DNA of 64,000 bases from Candidatus Latescibacterota bacterium (GTDB lineage: Bacteria; Latescibacterota; UBA2968; UBA8231). The position numbers and the translations under genes were made by a program. Position 1 is the stretch's first letter. Every line of letters begins with the position of its first letter. Under the pieces are notes generated by a model. That model did no database searches, was not told the DNA's origin, and saw only the letters and a program-made list of their open reading frames with translations. Where the stretch lies: assembly GCA_964291625.2 (NCBI GenBank), contig OZ220089.1, forward strand, positions 2,496,001 through 2,560,000, read 5' to 3'. Positions 27,997-39,947 of this stretch are shown here, piece by piece.

Positions 27997-28083
27997 TGGC
28001 GGAGGGCGAGGGACTCGAACCCTCAAGGGTGTGAACCCGGCGGTTTTCAAGACCGCTGCCTTACCAATTAGGTCTAGCCCTCC
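27997..28083 (-). tRNA. tRNA-Ser (TGA)
   Basis: GGAGGGC acceptor, GCGGT-CT-TGA-AA-ACCGC anticodon arm, long variable arm, G73 and CCA. Confidence 0.96.
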
Positions 28084-28120
28084 ACGGGCACAGCCCGCCG
28101 CCCAAGCAACCCAAGAGAGG

Positions 28121-28149
28121 AATATACACCCCCGGGTTTCTATCGTCAA
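28121..28149 (-). promoter_or_regulatory. Sigma70-type promoter of tRNA operon
   Basis: TTGACG-N17-TATATT with AT-rich upstream (UP-like) tract. Confidence 0.75.
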
Positions 28150-28200
28150 CCGCTTTATTTACAAGGAGATAGGTCCATGGCCAGCGGCGCTGGAGCTGCC

Positions 28201-30675
28201 TCATCCCAACTGGCCGTTGCCTCCCTCCTCGGCGTTGCCGTCTTCCGCCTCCACACCGACGACGCGGGTCATGTCAATGACCCGGTCGCCATCGTCGACG
28301 CTGATCACCCGCACTCCCTGGGTGTTCCGGCCGATGCAGGAAATGCTCTTCACGGACACCCTGATCATGATCCCCTGCTGGGTGATCACCATTACCTCGT
28401 CGTCGTCGTCGACCTGCTTGCAGGACACGACGGCACCGTTGCGGTCGCTGGTCTTGATGTCGATCACCCCCTTGCCGCCCCGGCGGCGCCGCGGATACTC
28501 CGAACACCCCGTGCGCTTGCCGTAGCCGTTCTCGCAGACCGTGAGCAGGGTTCCCTGCTCGCCGAGCACGACCATCTCCACCACCTCGTCGGCGCCCCTC
28601 AGGTCGATGCCCTTCACCCCGGTCGAGACCCGCCCCATGGATCGGACGTCCTTCTCGGAGAACCGCACGGCCATGCCCTCCCGCGTAGCCAGCAGCACAT
28701 CCTGCCCGGGCTCCACCAGGCCCGCGCCGATCAGGTCATCGTCGTCCTGGATCTTCAGGGCGATGATCCCGTCCCGGCGAACGTTGCCGTACGCGGACAG
28801 GACCGTCTTCTTCACCACGCCCTTCCGGGTGGCCGTGAACAGGAACCGGTCCTCGGTGAACGCGTCCACCGGGACCACGGCGCGCACCTCGTCCCCCTGG
28901 TCGAGTTGAAGAAGATTGACCAGCGGCCGTCCTCGGGCGGTTCGCTCCCCTTCGGGAATGCGGTAGACTTTGAGCCAGTGGCACTGCCCGCGAGCCGTGA
29001 GAAACAGGATGTAGGAGTGCGTGGAGGCGATGAAAAGCCGCTCCACGAAGTCTTCCTCCTTGGTGCGCATGCCTGTGACGCCCCTTCCCCCGCGGTGCTG
29101 GGTGCGGTAGGAGCTCGGGGACATGCGCTTGACGTAGCCCTCCCGGGAGATGGTCACCACCATGTCCTCTCGAGGGATGAGATCCTCCACGTCGAACTCC
29201 TCTGCGGAGTAGACGATCTCGGTGCGCCGATCGTCTCCGAAGCGCTCCCGAACCTCGGACAGCTCCTCCTTGAGGATGCCCATCTGCAGATCGCGGCTGT
29301 CGAGGACCGCCCGGAAGTGCACGATCGCTTCCTGCAGCTCCTGGTACTCGGCCTCGATCTTGTCCCGCTCCAGACCCGTGAGCCGCTGCAGCGGCATGGA
29401 CAGGATGGCATTTGCCTGGATCTCCGAAAGCTCGAAGCCGGCCATCAGCCGCCCGCGCGCCTCGCCGGGATCCGCCGAGTTGCGGATCAGCTCGATGACT
29501 GCATCGATATTGTCGAGGGCCACCCGCAGGCCCTCGAGGAGATGGGCGCGCGCCTCGGTCCGGGACAGGTCGAACCGGGTGCGCCGCAGCACGACCTCGT
29601 GGCGGTGGGAGAGGTAGTGCTCGCACAGCCTCTTCAGGTTGAGCGTCTCGGGCCGGCCGTCGACGATGGCGATGGCATTGACCCCGAAGTTCTGCTGCAA
29701 CATGGAGTGGCTGAACAGCTGGTTGAGGACGACCTCGCTCTGGGCGCCGCGCTTCAACTCGATGACGATGCGCAGTCCGGCACGACCCGACTCGTCGCGC
29801 AGGTTGGAGATCTCCTCCACCACCTTGTTGCGCACAAGGTCGGCCATCTTCTCCAGCAGCGTCGACTTGTCGACGAGGAAGGGGATCTGCGTGACGATGA
29901 TCCGCTCCCGGCCGTCGCGCTGCTCCTCCACGTGCGTGCGCGCTCGAAGCTGGATGATCCCCTGGCCTGTCCGGTAGGCGCGGCGAACGCCAGCCATACC
30001 GTGAATCACCCCGCCGGTGGGGAAGTCGGGGGCCTTGACGTGCTCCATCAAGGCGTCAATGGTCATCTCCGGCTCGTCGATCAGCGCCGCGAGGGCGTCA
30101 CAGACCTCGGTGACGTTGTGGGGGGGGATCTTGGTGGCGTAGGCCACGGAGATGCCGACCGATCCATTGCACAGCAGGTTGGGGAACCGGGACGGCAGGA
30201 CGGAGGGCTCGGTGCGGGTCTCGTCGTAGTTGTCGACCATGTCGACGGTATCGCGGTCGAGCTCCGCGAGCATCTCGACGGTGGCCGTCGTCATGCGCGC
30301 CTCGGTGTAGCGCATGGCCGCCGGAGGGTAGCCGTCGATGGAGCCGAAGTTGCCCTGGCCGTCGACGAGGGGGTACCGCAGCCGGAAGTCCTGCGCCAGG
30401 TGCACGAGGGTGGCGTACACGCCCTCGTCCCCGTGCGGATGGTAGTTGCCGGAGGTGTCGCCGGAGATCTTGGCGCACTTCCGGAACCCGCGGCCCGGGG
30501 CCAGGTTGAGATCGTTCATGGCCACCAGGATGCGGCGCTGGGAAGGCTTGAGGCCGTCGCGCACGTCCGGCAGGGCCCGGGCGGTGATGGCGCTCATGGC
30601 GTAGTCGAGGAAGGAGGTCTTCAACTCCTCCTCGATCTTCACCGGGATGATGCGGGGGTCGCGTGGCTCTGACAT
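28201..30675 (-). CDS. gyrA: DNA gyrase subunit A
   Basis: RALPDVRDGLKP, YHPHGD, AAMRYTEAR (catalytic Tyr), GyrA-box QHRGGRG, beta-pinwheel CTD. Confidence 0.98.
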   Translation of the reverse strand: MSEPRDPRIIPVKIEEELKTSFLDYAMSAITARALPDVRDGLKPSQRRILVAMNDLNLAPGRGFRKCAKISGDTSGNYHPHGDEGVYATLVHLAQDFRLRYPLVDGQGNFGSIDGYPPAAMRYTEARMTTATVEMLAELDRDTVDMVDNYDETRTEPSVLPSRFPNLLCNGSVGISVAYATKIPPHNVTEVCDALAALIDEPEMTIDALMEHVKAPDFPTGGVIHGMAGVRRAYRTGQGIIQLRARTHVEEQRDGRERIIVTQIPFLVDKSTLLEKMADLVRNKVVEEISNLRDESGRAGLRIVIELKRGAQSEVVLNQLFSHSMLQQNFGVNAIAIVDGRPETLNLKRLCEHYLSHRHEVVLRRTRFDLSRTEARAHLLEGLRVALDNIDAVIELIRNSADPGEARGRLMAGFELSEIQANAILSMPLQRLTGLERDKIEAEYQELQEAIVHFRAVLDSRDLQMGILKEELSEVRERFGDDRRTEIVYSAEEFDVEDLIPREDMVVTISREGYVKRMSPSSYRTQHRGGRGVTGMRTKEEDFVERLFIASTHSYILFLTARGQCHWLKVYRIPEGERTARGRPLVNLLQLDQGDEVRAVVPVDAFTEDRFLFTATRKGVVKKTVLSAYGNVRRDGIIALKIQDDDDLIGAGLVEPGQDVLLATREGMAVRFSEKDVRSMGRVSTGVKGIDLRGADEVVEMVVLGEQGTLLTVCENGYGKRTGCSEYPRRRRGGKGVIDIKTSDRNGAVVSCKQVDDDDEVMVITQQGIMIRVSVKSISCIGRNTQGVRVISVDDGDRVIDMTRVVGVEAEDGNAEEGGNGQLG

Positions 30676-30732
30676 CGGTCTGGGATCTGGTGGGTGGAGG
30701 AAGCGATGGGCGGGCACTCCCCGCCCCGCGGG

Positions 30733-33084
<2,352 letters not shown>

Positions 33085-33088
<4 letters not shown>

Positions 33089-34185
33089 TCGGCGATCTCG
33101 ATCCGCTGGAAGCGATCCCCCACTTCCTCGCCGGGGAGCCTCGCCGCCGTCAGGATGACCTGCTCGAAGCCCTCGGTCAGGGACACCAGCCGGCGGGAAC
33201 GGGTCTCGTCGAGCTCCGAGAACACATCGTCCAGCAGGAGGACTGGTTGGCTACCGCTCCGCTCCTCGAGGAACCGCGCCTCGGCCATCTTCCATGAGAG
33301 CAGCAGACTCTTCAACTGTCCCTGGGAGCCGTACGTATCGGCGGGAGAACCGCCCAGGGTGAAGCTCAGGGAGTCGCGATGAGGGCCGCACAAGGTATGA
33401 CCGGCCCGCTCCTCTCGAAACGGGTCGGCCTCGAGTTCGGCCAGCAGACCCTGCTCGAGCAGCTCGGCCGGAGGGACCTCCTCGACGGACAGCGGCACCG
33501 GCTCGGAACGATAGCTGATCCCGGCCTGCTCCTGGCCGGTGCTGAAGGTCTGGTAGCACCGCATGAACACCGGCGTCATCTGGACCAGTGTCTCGAGACG
33601 AAGGCGGCGGATGGCCCCCCCCGGCACCGCCAATTGCTCTCCCCACACCCGTCGTTCGGCCGGGTCGGACCTCCGGCCCGCCAGACGGCGGAGGTAGTGG
33701 TTCCGTTGCGTGAGGGCACGGTTGTAGCGCTGGAGGCTCTGGAGGTACTTGGGGCAGGCCTGGGACAACAGGATATCGAGGAGACGCCGCCGCTGGGACG
33801 CGAACTGGAGGACGAGGGAGACATCTTCGGGCGCGAAGTGCACGGTGCACAGCAGGCTGACCAGATCCGAGAGCCGGGGCAGGTCGACCCCGTCGAGAAA
33901 GGCGCACTTGCCTTCGGCGGTACTGTAGAACATGCGGACTTGGCGGTCTCGACATCCGTCATCCCAGACACTCCGGATGTCAAAATGACCCGTCCCGTGG
34001 GGAACCACCTCCTGGTCGCGGGCCCCGCGGATCGACTTGCCGATGGACAGATAGGAGATCGACTCAAGGACGTTGCTCTTGCCCTGCCCGTTGTCCGCAA
34101 TGATCAGACATGCCTCGTGGTCCAGATCCAACTCGAGCCGGGGAAAATTCCGGTAGGGCTTCAAGCGAAGCCGGCGAATGCGCAC
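33085..34185 (-). CDS. recF: DNA replication/repair protein RecF
   Basis: YRNF, NGQGKSNVLESI, GPHRD, GSQGQ, PVLLLDDVFSELD. Confidence 0.96.
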
Positions 34186-34195
34186 CTCTCAATTG

Positions 34196-35356
34196 TCAGC
34201 CACTTGGACGCATCGGCATGAGAAGATAGTAGGAGTCCTCTCCCTGAAGCTGTTCCGCGGGACGAACGATGGCGGCAGTGACGGAATCCTTCAGATCGAT
34301 GATGGCTTCTTCGGAACCGATCTTGCGCAGGATCTCCATCATGTATTGGGCGTTATATGCGACCTCTATGGGGTCGGCACTGTAGTCTGCCGGCAGAACC
34401 TCCCGGGCATCGCCACCGATCTCCTGGCTCGAGGCGGTAAGCTCAATAGCTCCCTCTCGGAGACCCACCTTCACTTGGTGCGTGTACGAGCTCGATAGGA
34501 TGGACACACGCCGAAGCGCCGGAAGAAGTCGATCCACCGGGACCGTCAGTCTCTTGTCGTTCTCCCGGGGAATGACTTGCTCGTAATCGACGTACGGCCC
34601 TTCGATAAGTCGGGACAATACCTGGGTCTCGTTCACCTTAAAAAGAACTTGACTCTCTCCGAGAATCGCCTCGCCCAGACTCTCCGAATCTTCCAGCAGC
34701 CTGCTCAGTTGACCGCAGACCTGCGGAGGCAGGATCACCTCTGCAGAGCTCTCGATTCCCGTTCCTTCCTCCAGAGTGCGCCGAAACTCGGCCAATCGGC
34801 TGCCATCGGTAGCAACCATGGTCATGATCTCCGGCTCGAGTCTCCACAGAACCCCGTTGAGGACTGGCCGAGTTTCATCATGAGAAATCGCAAATCCCGT
34901 CTTCTCGATCATCGTTCGAAGAAGGGCCCCATCGACCGCAGCATCCGCCCGAAAGGACAAATGCAGCCCCTGGAGATCCTCCGGTATCTCCGGAAACTCC
35001 TCGGGTGGAGTTCCCGGTAGCGAATAGCGCCCTTCTCCCCCGGCATCTGCCCCCAAGGCTCCGGAGAATATGAGATGTCCTCCCTCAAGTACCAGGTGAA
35101 TCACCGACTCCGGCCATTCTCTCGTAATCTCCGCCAGAGTCCGGGCGGGTACAGTGACTCGCCCAGGTGTTTCAACCTCTGCCACCACCCGCGTGCGAAT
35201 CGATAAATCCAGATCGGTTGCCGACAGAGTAAGACGGTCTCCCTGGCTGTCCAGCAGAATATTGGAAAGGACCGGTTGGGCCGGCTTGGAAGCAACAGCC
35301 TCCAGAACCGTGCTCAGTCCTCGCCAGAGTTCATTTCGGTCGACGCTCAGCTTCAT
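34196..35356 (-). CDS. dnaN: DNA polymerase III beta sliding clamp
   Basis: PVLSNILL, ATDLD, DETRPVLNG, VATDGSRL, SRLIEG.Y.DYE.VIP, LMPMR. Confidence 0.97.
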   Translation of the reverse strand: MKLSVDRNELWRGLSTVLEAVASKPAQPVLSNILLDSQGDRLTLSATDLDLSIRTRVVAEVETPGRVTVPARTLAEITREWPESVIHLVLEGGHLIFSGALGADAGGEGRYSLPGTPPEEFPEIPEDLQGLHLSFRADAAVDGALLRTMIEKTGFAISHDETRPVLNGVLWRLEPEIMTMVATDGSRLAEFRRTLEEGTGIESSAEVILPPQVCGQLSRLLEDSESLGEAILGESQVLFKVNETQVLSRLIEGPYVDYEQVIPRENDKRLTVPVDRLLPALRRVSILSSSYTHQVKVGLREGAIELTASSQEIGGDAREVLPADYSADPIEVAYNAQYMMEILRKIGSEEAIIDLKDSVTAAIVRPAEQLQGEDSYYLLMPMRPSG

Positions 35357-35876
35357 CGATCCTCCTGCAGATCAAGCGGCCCAAGGCAACAGGCGAGGGG
35401 CTTGAAGGTGAGACGTAGAGCTTAGGATGAGATCCTCAGATTGGCGGCGGAGGGGAATCAACCAGCCCTTGCTCCGCTCATCTAAAAATGCCCCTCGCCA
35501 TTCCCTCACCACTAATAATATAGGTATAGGGGCACTCGGGCGTCAAAGGAACGCAGGAAGAGCACTCCACCCGCAGTTGTTGAAGATATACGAATTGAAT
35601 CTCTATATCTTTACACCAACTCCTACTGCTATAGTGTTGACAAGTCGATTTCTACTCGGTGGGGCGCCCTTCTGGAAATATCCGTAAGGTGCTTTTACAC
35701 AAATAGATACGAGCCCTCTAGAGGGGGTCGTAGAAGCGGTCGTTTCCACTGTCGGAATAGGAGCGCGGTTTCCACAGTGAGGGAGCCGTAAAGCTCAAAC
35801 CATCCGCGGAGGCGAAGGTTATCCACAAAATCGAGCGTAATATCCACACCGTTTGGGGAAATCTTTGTGGATACCG
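35357..35876. other. Chromosomal replication origin oriC (dnaA-dnaN intergenic)
   Basis: AT-rich 520-bp gap; DnaA boxes TTATCCACA 35819-35827 (perfect), ATATCCACA 35840-35848, TGTGGATAC 35866-35874, GTTTCCACA 35768-35776, TTTTACACA 35693-35701; gene orientation switches across this locus. Confidence 0.85.
35517..35546 (-). promoter_or_regulatory. Putative dnaN promoter
   Basis: TTGACG-N18-TATATT about 160 nt upstream of dnaN. Confidence 0.55.
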
Positions 35877-37280
35877 TTACTTGCCTTGGATGGACAGCCG
35901 TATCTGCTCCGAGAGGGACTCTACCAACCGGGCGAAATCCGGGTCCTGGTTGCACTTCTTGTCCACCGTTTGGATGGCATGGATCACCGTGCTGTGGTCG
36001 CGGTTTCCGAAGTGCAGTCCGATGACTTTCAAAGGATTTCCGGTGTGGCGCTTTATCAGGTACATGGCGATCTGCCGGGGGCCGGTGATCTCCCGTCTCC
36101 GGGTCTTGCCGGTCAGGAGTTCGGGAGCGAGATCAAAGTGGCTGGCGACCTGCTTCTGAATCCCTTCGATTGAAGGTCTGGAGGTCTGTGTAGTGCTTCG
36201 CTGCTGAACGACTTTGCGTGCGGCATCGACACTGAGTTCGACTTGGTTTACCGCACAATAGGCCATGATATGATTCAGGGCACCTTCGAGTTCGCGGATA
36301 TTTGAGCTGATGTAGTTGCCCAGGAAACCCGCGACCCCCTCGGGTAGGTGGATCCCGTTGATCTCCGCCTTTTTCTGCAGGATCGCGATACGCGTTTCGA
36401 GATCGGGCGGTTCGATGCTCGTGACCAAGCCCCACTGGAAGCGTGAGATCAGCCTCTCCTCCAAGCCCTTCAACTCGCCCGGGGGGCCGTCGCAGGTCAT
36501 GACGATCTGGCGGCCGTTCTGGTGCAGAGTATTGAAGGTGTGGAAGAACTCGTTCTGGGTGCCCTCGCTGCGGATGAGAAACTGGATGTCGTCGACCAGC
36601 AGCACGTTCACCGAACGATAGAGCCGCTGGAATTCCGAGGTCTTCTGCTGCCGCAGGGATTCGATGAAATCACCCAGGAACTTCTCGGCGGTCACGTAGA
36701 CAACGCTGAGGGAGGGTTCCGCCGCCAGCAGATGGTGACCGATTGCCTGCAACAGGTGGGTCTTGCCAAGGCCCACGCCCCCGTGTACGACGAGAGGGTT
36801 GAACTGCGTACTTCCTGGTGATCGGGAAACAGCCTGGGCGGCCGCATAAGTGAGGCGATTGCCCTCGCCGACGACGAAGGTATCGAACACATACCGCTCG
36901 TTGAGCGGCATGTGCAACGGCGACGCCTTGTCCATGGGCTCCGCGGCGATGATCTCCTCGGGGGCCTCGGGCCCGGTCTCCTGGGACGAAGGCCCCTCGG
37001 TCGAGTCCGTCCGAGCGGCTGCCCTCTCATCGACGACGGCGAAAGCGACGCGGGGACACAGCCCCGTCTCCTCCTCGACCACCGATTGTATCAGGGGCAG
37101 GTAATTGTCCTGTACGAAGTGGCCGAAATAGGAGCTGGGAACCTCGATCTCGAGTACGTCCTCATCGAACCGCCGAGCGGTGGTACGACGGAACCAGGTC
37201 TCGAACGTTTGCGCCCTCGGGAGTCTTCGCTCGATACCGAGCAGGCACTGGGCCCACCGTTCTTGCAGATCTTGTGACAT
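35877..37280 (-). CDS. dnaA: Chromosomal replication initiator DnaA
   Basis: F.TFVVG.GN, NPL...GGVGLGKTHLL, LLVDDIQF, EFFHTFN.L, RL.SRF.WGL, NIRELEGAL, RDHSTVIHA. Confidence 0.98.
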   Translation of the reverse strand: MSQDLQERWAQCLLGIERRLPRAQTFETWFRRTTARRFDEDVLEIEVPSSYFGHFVQDNYLPLIQSVVEEETGLCPRVAFAVVDERAAARTDSTEGPSSQETGPEAPEEIIAAEPMDKASPLHMPLNERYVFDTFVVGEGNRLTYAAAQAVSRSPGSTQFNPLVVHGGVGLGKTHLLQAIGHHLLAAEPSLSVVYVTAEKFLGDFIESLRQQKTSEFQRLYRSVNVLLVDDIQFLIRSEGTQNEFFHTFNTLHQNGRQIVMTCDGPPGELKGLEERLISRFQWGLVTSIEPPDLETRIAILQKKAEINGIHLPEGVAGFLGNYISSNIRELEGALNHIMAYCAVNQVELSVDAARKVVQQRSTTQTSRPSIEGIQKQVASHFDLAPELLTGKTRRREITGPRQIAMYLIKRHTGNPLKVIGLHFGNRDHSTVIHAIQTVDKKCNQDPDFARLVESLSEQIRLSIQGK

Positions 37281-37394
37281 GGGGAGTCGACCGAGGGGGG
37301 GGTTGATACGGCCGAGTCCCGGACTGCGGCCGAGCTGCATGCGTCAAGGGCCGGCTCGAAAACCGCGCCGCTCCAATCCCGAAAAAGGGGCGAT

Positions 37395-37423
37395 AGAGTA
37401 GCGCCCGCCAGGGGATGCGTCAA
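37395..37423 (-). promoter_or_regulatory. Putative dnaA promoter
   Basis: TTGACG-N17-TACTCT. Confidence 0.6.
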
Positions 37424-37479
37424 GGACCCACCCGTATCCGAAGGAGGGGATCGATCTGCCGCCCCGGGACCCGGTACAA

Positions 37480-37508
37480 TTGACAGATCCAGAAGTGGAT
37501 CCTAGGTT
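37480..37508 (+). promoter_or_regulatory. Putative rpmH operon promoter
   Basis: TTGACA-N17-TAGGTT. Confidence 0.6.
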
Positions 37509-37571
37509 AGGCCAGCTTGACGGTCGCAAACCGGATCCAGGCACGACTTCTTTCCCAAGGTTCTGTCACTC

Positions 37572-37706
37572 TTGAAGCGAACCTATCAGCCGAGCCGGCG
37601 GCGGCGCAGGAACAAGCATGGCTTTCGAAAGCGCATGCGCACCCCCGCCGGACGGTCTATTCTGGCGCGTCGTCGGAGGCGGGGCCGCAAGCGTCTGGCC
37701 GTCTGA
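37572..37706 (+). CDS. rpmH: 50S ribosomal protein L34
   Basis: TTG start; [44 protein letters not shown] (44 aa; below ORF-track cutoff). Confidence 0.97.
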   Translation: MKRTYQPSRRRRRNKHGFRKRMRTPAGRSILARRRRRGRKRLAV

Positions 37707-37733
37707 TCGTGCCGCCACAGGACGGCGCGTCCG

Positions 37734-38015
37734 ATGCCGTGGTCGAAGGGCTCCCTCCTCTGGATTCGCCGCGGTCAGACGCCTTCCTTCGGGGCCGTCT
37801 TCGTTCTGCGCAAGTCCCTCGGAACCGCCGTCCTCCGCAACAAGCTTCGGCGACGCCTGCGCCACATCTGCCGACATCTTCCAGTATCGGCAGCCAAGGG
37901 CTTGGTGGTCCTCGCTCAGCCGCCGGCTACGCAGTCTTCCTTTACCGCGCTGCGCACTGAACTGACCCGGCTCCTGCTGAGTCTGGACGACAGCGAGCCC
38001 AAGGCCCCGAGATGA
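37734..38015 (+). CDS. rnpA: Ribonuclease P protein component (short form)
   Basis: RNR motif [17 protein letters not shown]; position between rpmH and yidD. Confidence 0.8.
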   Translation: MPWSKGSLLWIRRGQTPSFGAVFVLRKSLGTAVLRNKLRRRLRHICRHLPVSAAKGLVVLAQPPATQSSFTALRTELTRLLLSLDDSEPKAPR

Positions 38016-38221
38016 AGGCCCTTCTTTCCGGCGCCATCCGTCTGTACCAGTTGGTGTTGTCTCCGCTCCTGCCTCCCCACTGCCGCTTCTACCCGACCTG
38101 CTCGGAGTACGCCCTGCTGTCCATCCGTCTCCATGGTCCATGGTCCGGCCTGTGGCGGGCCGTTGGCAGGCTCTGCCGTTGTCACCCCCTGGGGGGCTCC
38201 GGCTACGACCCCGCGGACTGA
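38012..38221 (+). CDS. yidD: Membrane protein insertion efficiency factor
   Basis: YQ...SP.....[17 protein letters not shown]...GYDP. Confidence 0.95.
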   Translation: MKALLSGAIRLYQLVLSPLLPPHCRFYPTCSEYALLSIRLHGPWSGLWRAVGRLCRCHPLGGSGYDPAD

Positions 38222-38229
38222 GGCGCCCG

Positions 38230-39942
38230 ATGGAGGACAAGCGCACGATCATCGCCATGGTTCTGGTGGGCCTGATTTTCCTGTTGATGCCCGCCTATTA
38301 CCAGTTGGTCGGTGTCTCGGAGCCCGAGCCGCCCCTGGAGAGCCCTGGCGATGAGGCAAAGCCGCGGGAGGATCAGACCCGCGACGTGCCCGCCATGGTC
38401 CCGATGGATCCTCCTGCCGACACGTCCGACGAGGACTTCCCGGAGCCTCTCGGGGGCCCGGCCGGAGAGCCGAGGGATCTTCCGCCGGAACGGTATGTAA
38501 CCGTCGAGACTCCCCTGCAGCACCTGACGTTCAGCACACGCGGCGGTGTGTTGGCGTCGGCGCGGCTGAAGGAATACAAGCAGGGCAGCGGCGGCCCCCT
38601 GGAGCTGGTGCCCGCGGGGGGAGCGGGGCTGGGAGTGACCGTCCAGCCCGAGGCCGCCGTGGACGTGCTGGTCGACCTGGCCAGCCGGCACTTCGAACCC
38701 GACCGGGACCGCCTTCGGGTCGAGGCCGACGGCGAGGGCCGGCTGCGGCTGCGGTGTGAGCTGGATGATGGTCGGTCGGTCGAGAAGGTTCTTGTCGTGC
38801 GCGGCGATCAGTACGGGCTTCAGGCGGGAGTCTCCCTCCACGGGTTTTCGAACGACTCCATCGTGAGGCTTACATGGCACGGGGGGATCGCCCTGGCCGA
38901 GCGCGACCCCGACCTCGACCTGCAGAGGATGAAGGCTCTCGCCTACATCAATGAGAGCCTCTACGACGTGCAGGTGGATGAAGACGAGGAAGACTCGGAC
39001 AGCGAGCGAGGCAATGTCGGGTGGGTCGGGGTCCGCAGCAAGTACTTCCTGTGTGCTCTGGCTCCAGAGTCGGAGGCCCGGCACCGGGTAACCCTCTATG
39101 GGGCGCCAAACAGCCAGCCACCCTACAGGGACTACGGATATACCCTCGGCACACGCTGGGGCGACATCGAAGATGGGGTCTGGCGACTCCTGGTCTATCT
39201 GGGTCCCCTGGATCTGGAGCAAGTGGGTCGCTACGACCGCGACTTCGACCGCGCCATGGATCTGGGATTCCCGGTGGTGCGTCAGATCGCAACCGTCCTG
39301 CTGACCCTGTTCGTGGCAGCGTATGCCATCATCCCCAACTACGGCTGGGTCATCGTTGCATTCGGCGTGGTTGTCAAGATCCTCGTATACCCCCTGACCC
39401 ACAAGTCGTATGAGTCGGCCGCGCGGATGCAGGAACTGCAGCCCAAGATCGCAGCCCTCAGGGAGAAGTACAAGAACAACAATCAGAAACTGAGTCAGGA
39501 GACCATGAAGCTCTACCGGGAGGAGGGCGTGAATCCTCTCGGCGGGTGTCTGCCCCTGCTGCTCCAGATGCCGATTTTCATCGCCTTGTACCAGGTGTTC
39601 TCCAGTGCCATCCAGTTGCGCCAGACACCATGGATCCTGTGGGTGGACGACCTCTCGCTTCCCGACACCATCACCCTCGGGGGCTTCGATCTGCACGTGC
39701 TGCCACTCCTGATGTCGGCGGCGATGTTCTTCCAGTCCAAGATGACGATGAAGGACCCCAAGCAGGCAGCCCTCGTCTACGTGATGCCCGTAGTCATGGT
39801 CTTCATCATGTGGAGCTTCTCCTCGGGTCTCGTCCTCTACTGGACGGTCTTCAACGTGCTTCAGATCGCCCAGCAGTACCTCACCAACTATCTGAAGAAG
39901 CAGAAACAAGGGGACGCATCCACCGTCCCTGCCCGAAGCTGA
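38230..39942 (+). CDS. yidC: Membrane protein insertase YidC
   Basis: N-terminal TM, periplasmic domain, NYG..I, LQPK, LYREEGVNPLGGCLPLLLQMPIF, WVDDLS.PD. Confidence 0.96.
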   Translation: MEDKRTIIAMVLVGLIFLLMPAYYQLVGVSEPEPPLESPGDEAKPREDQTRDVPAMVPMDPPADTSDEDFPEPLGGPAGEPRDLPPERYVTVETPLQHLTFSTRGGVLASARLKEYKQGSGGPLELVPAGGAGLGVTVQPEAAVDVLVDLASRHFEPDRDRLRVEADGEGRLRLRCELDDGRSVEKVLVVRGDQYGLQAGVSLHGFSNDSIVRLTWHGGIALAERDPDLDLQRMKALAYINESLYDVQVDEDEEDSDSERGNVGWVGVRSKYFLCALAPESEARHRVTLYGAPNSQPPYRDYGYTLGTRWGDIEDGVWRLLVYLGPLDLEQVGRYDRDFDRAMDLGFPVVRQIATVLLTLFVAAYAIIPNYGWVIVAFGVVVKILVYPLTHKSYESAARMQELQPKIAALREKYKNNNQKLSQETMKLYREEGVNPLGGCLPLLLQMPIFIALYQVFSSAIQLRQTPWILWVDDLSLPDTITLGGFDLHVLPLLMSAAMFFQSKMTMKDPKQAALVYVMPVVMVFIMWSFSSGLVLYWTVFNVLQIAQQYLTNYLKKQKQGDASTVPARS

Positions 39943-39947
39943 CCGGG

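Noticed and set aside
27997-28083. tRNA with TGA anticodon as possible Sec/suppressor tRNA
   Set aside because: Anticodon TGA reads UCA (Ser); a Sec tRNA would have TCA and an extended acceptor stem
37517-37960. ORF overlapping rpmH, as in Thermus-type rnpA
   Set aside because: It is not in frame with the RnpA RNR motif, so it does not produce an extended RnpA without a frameshift
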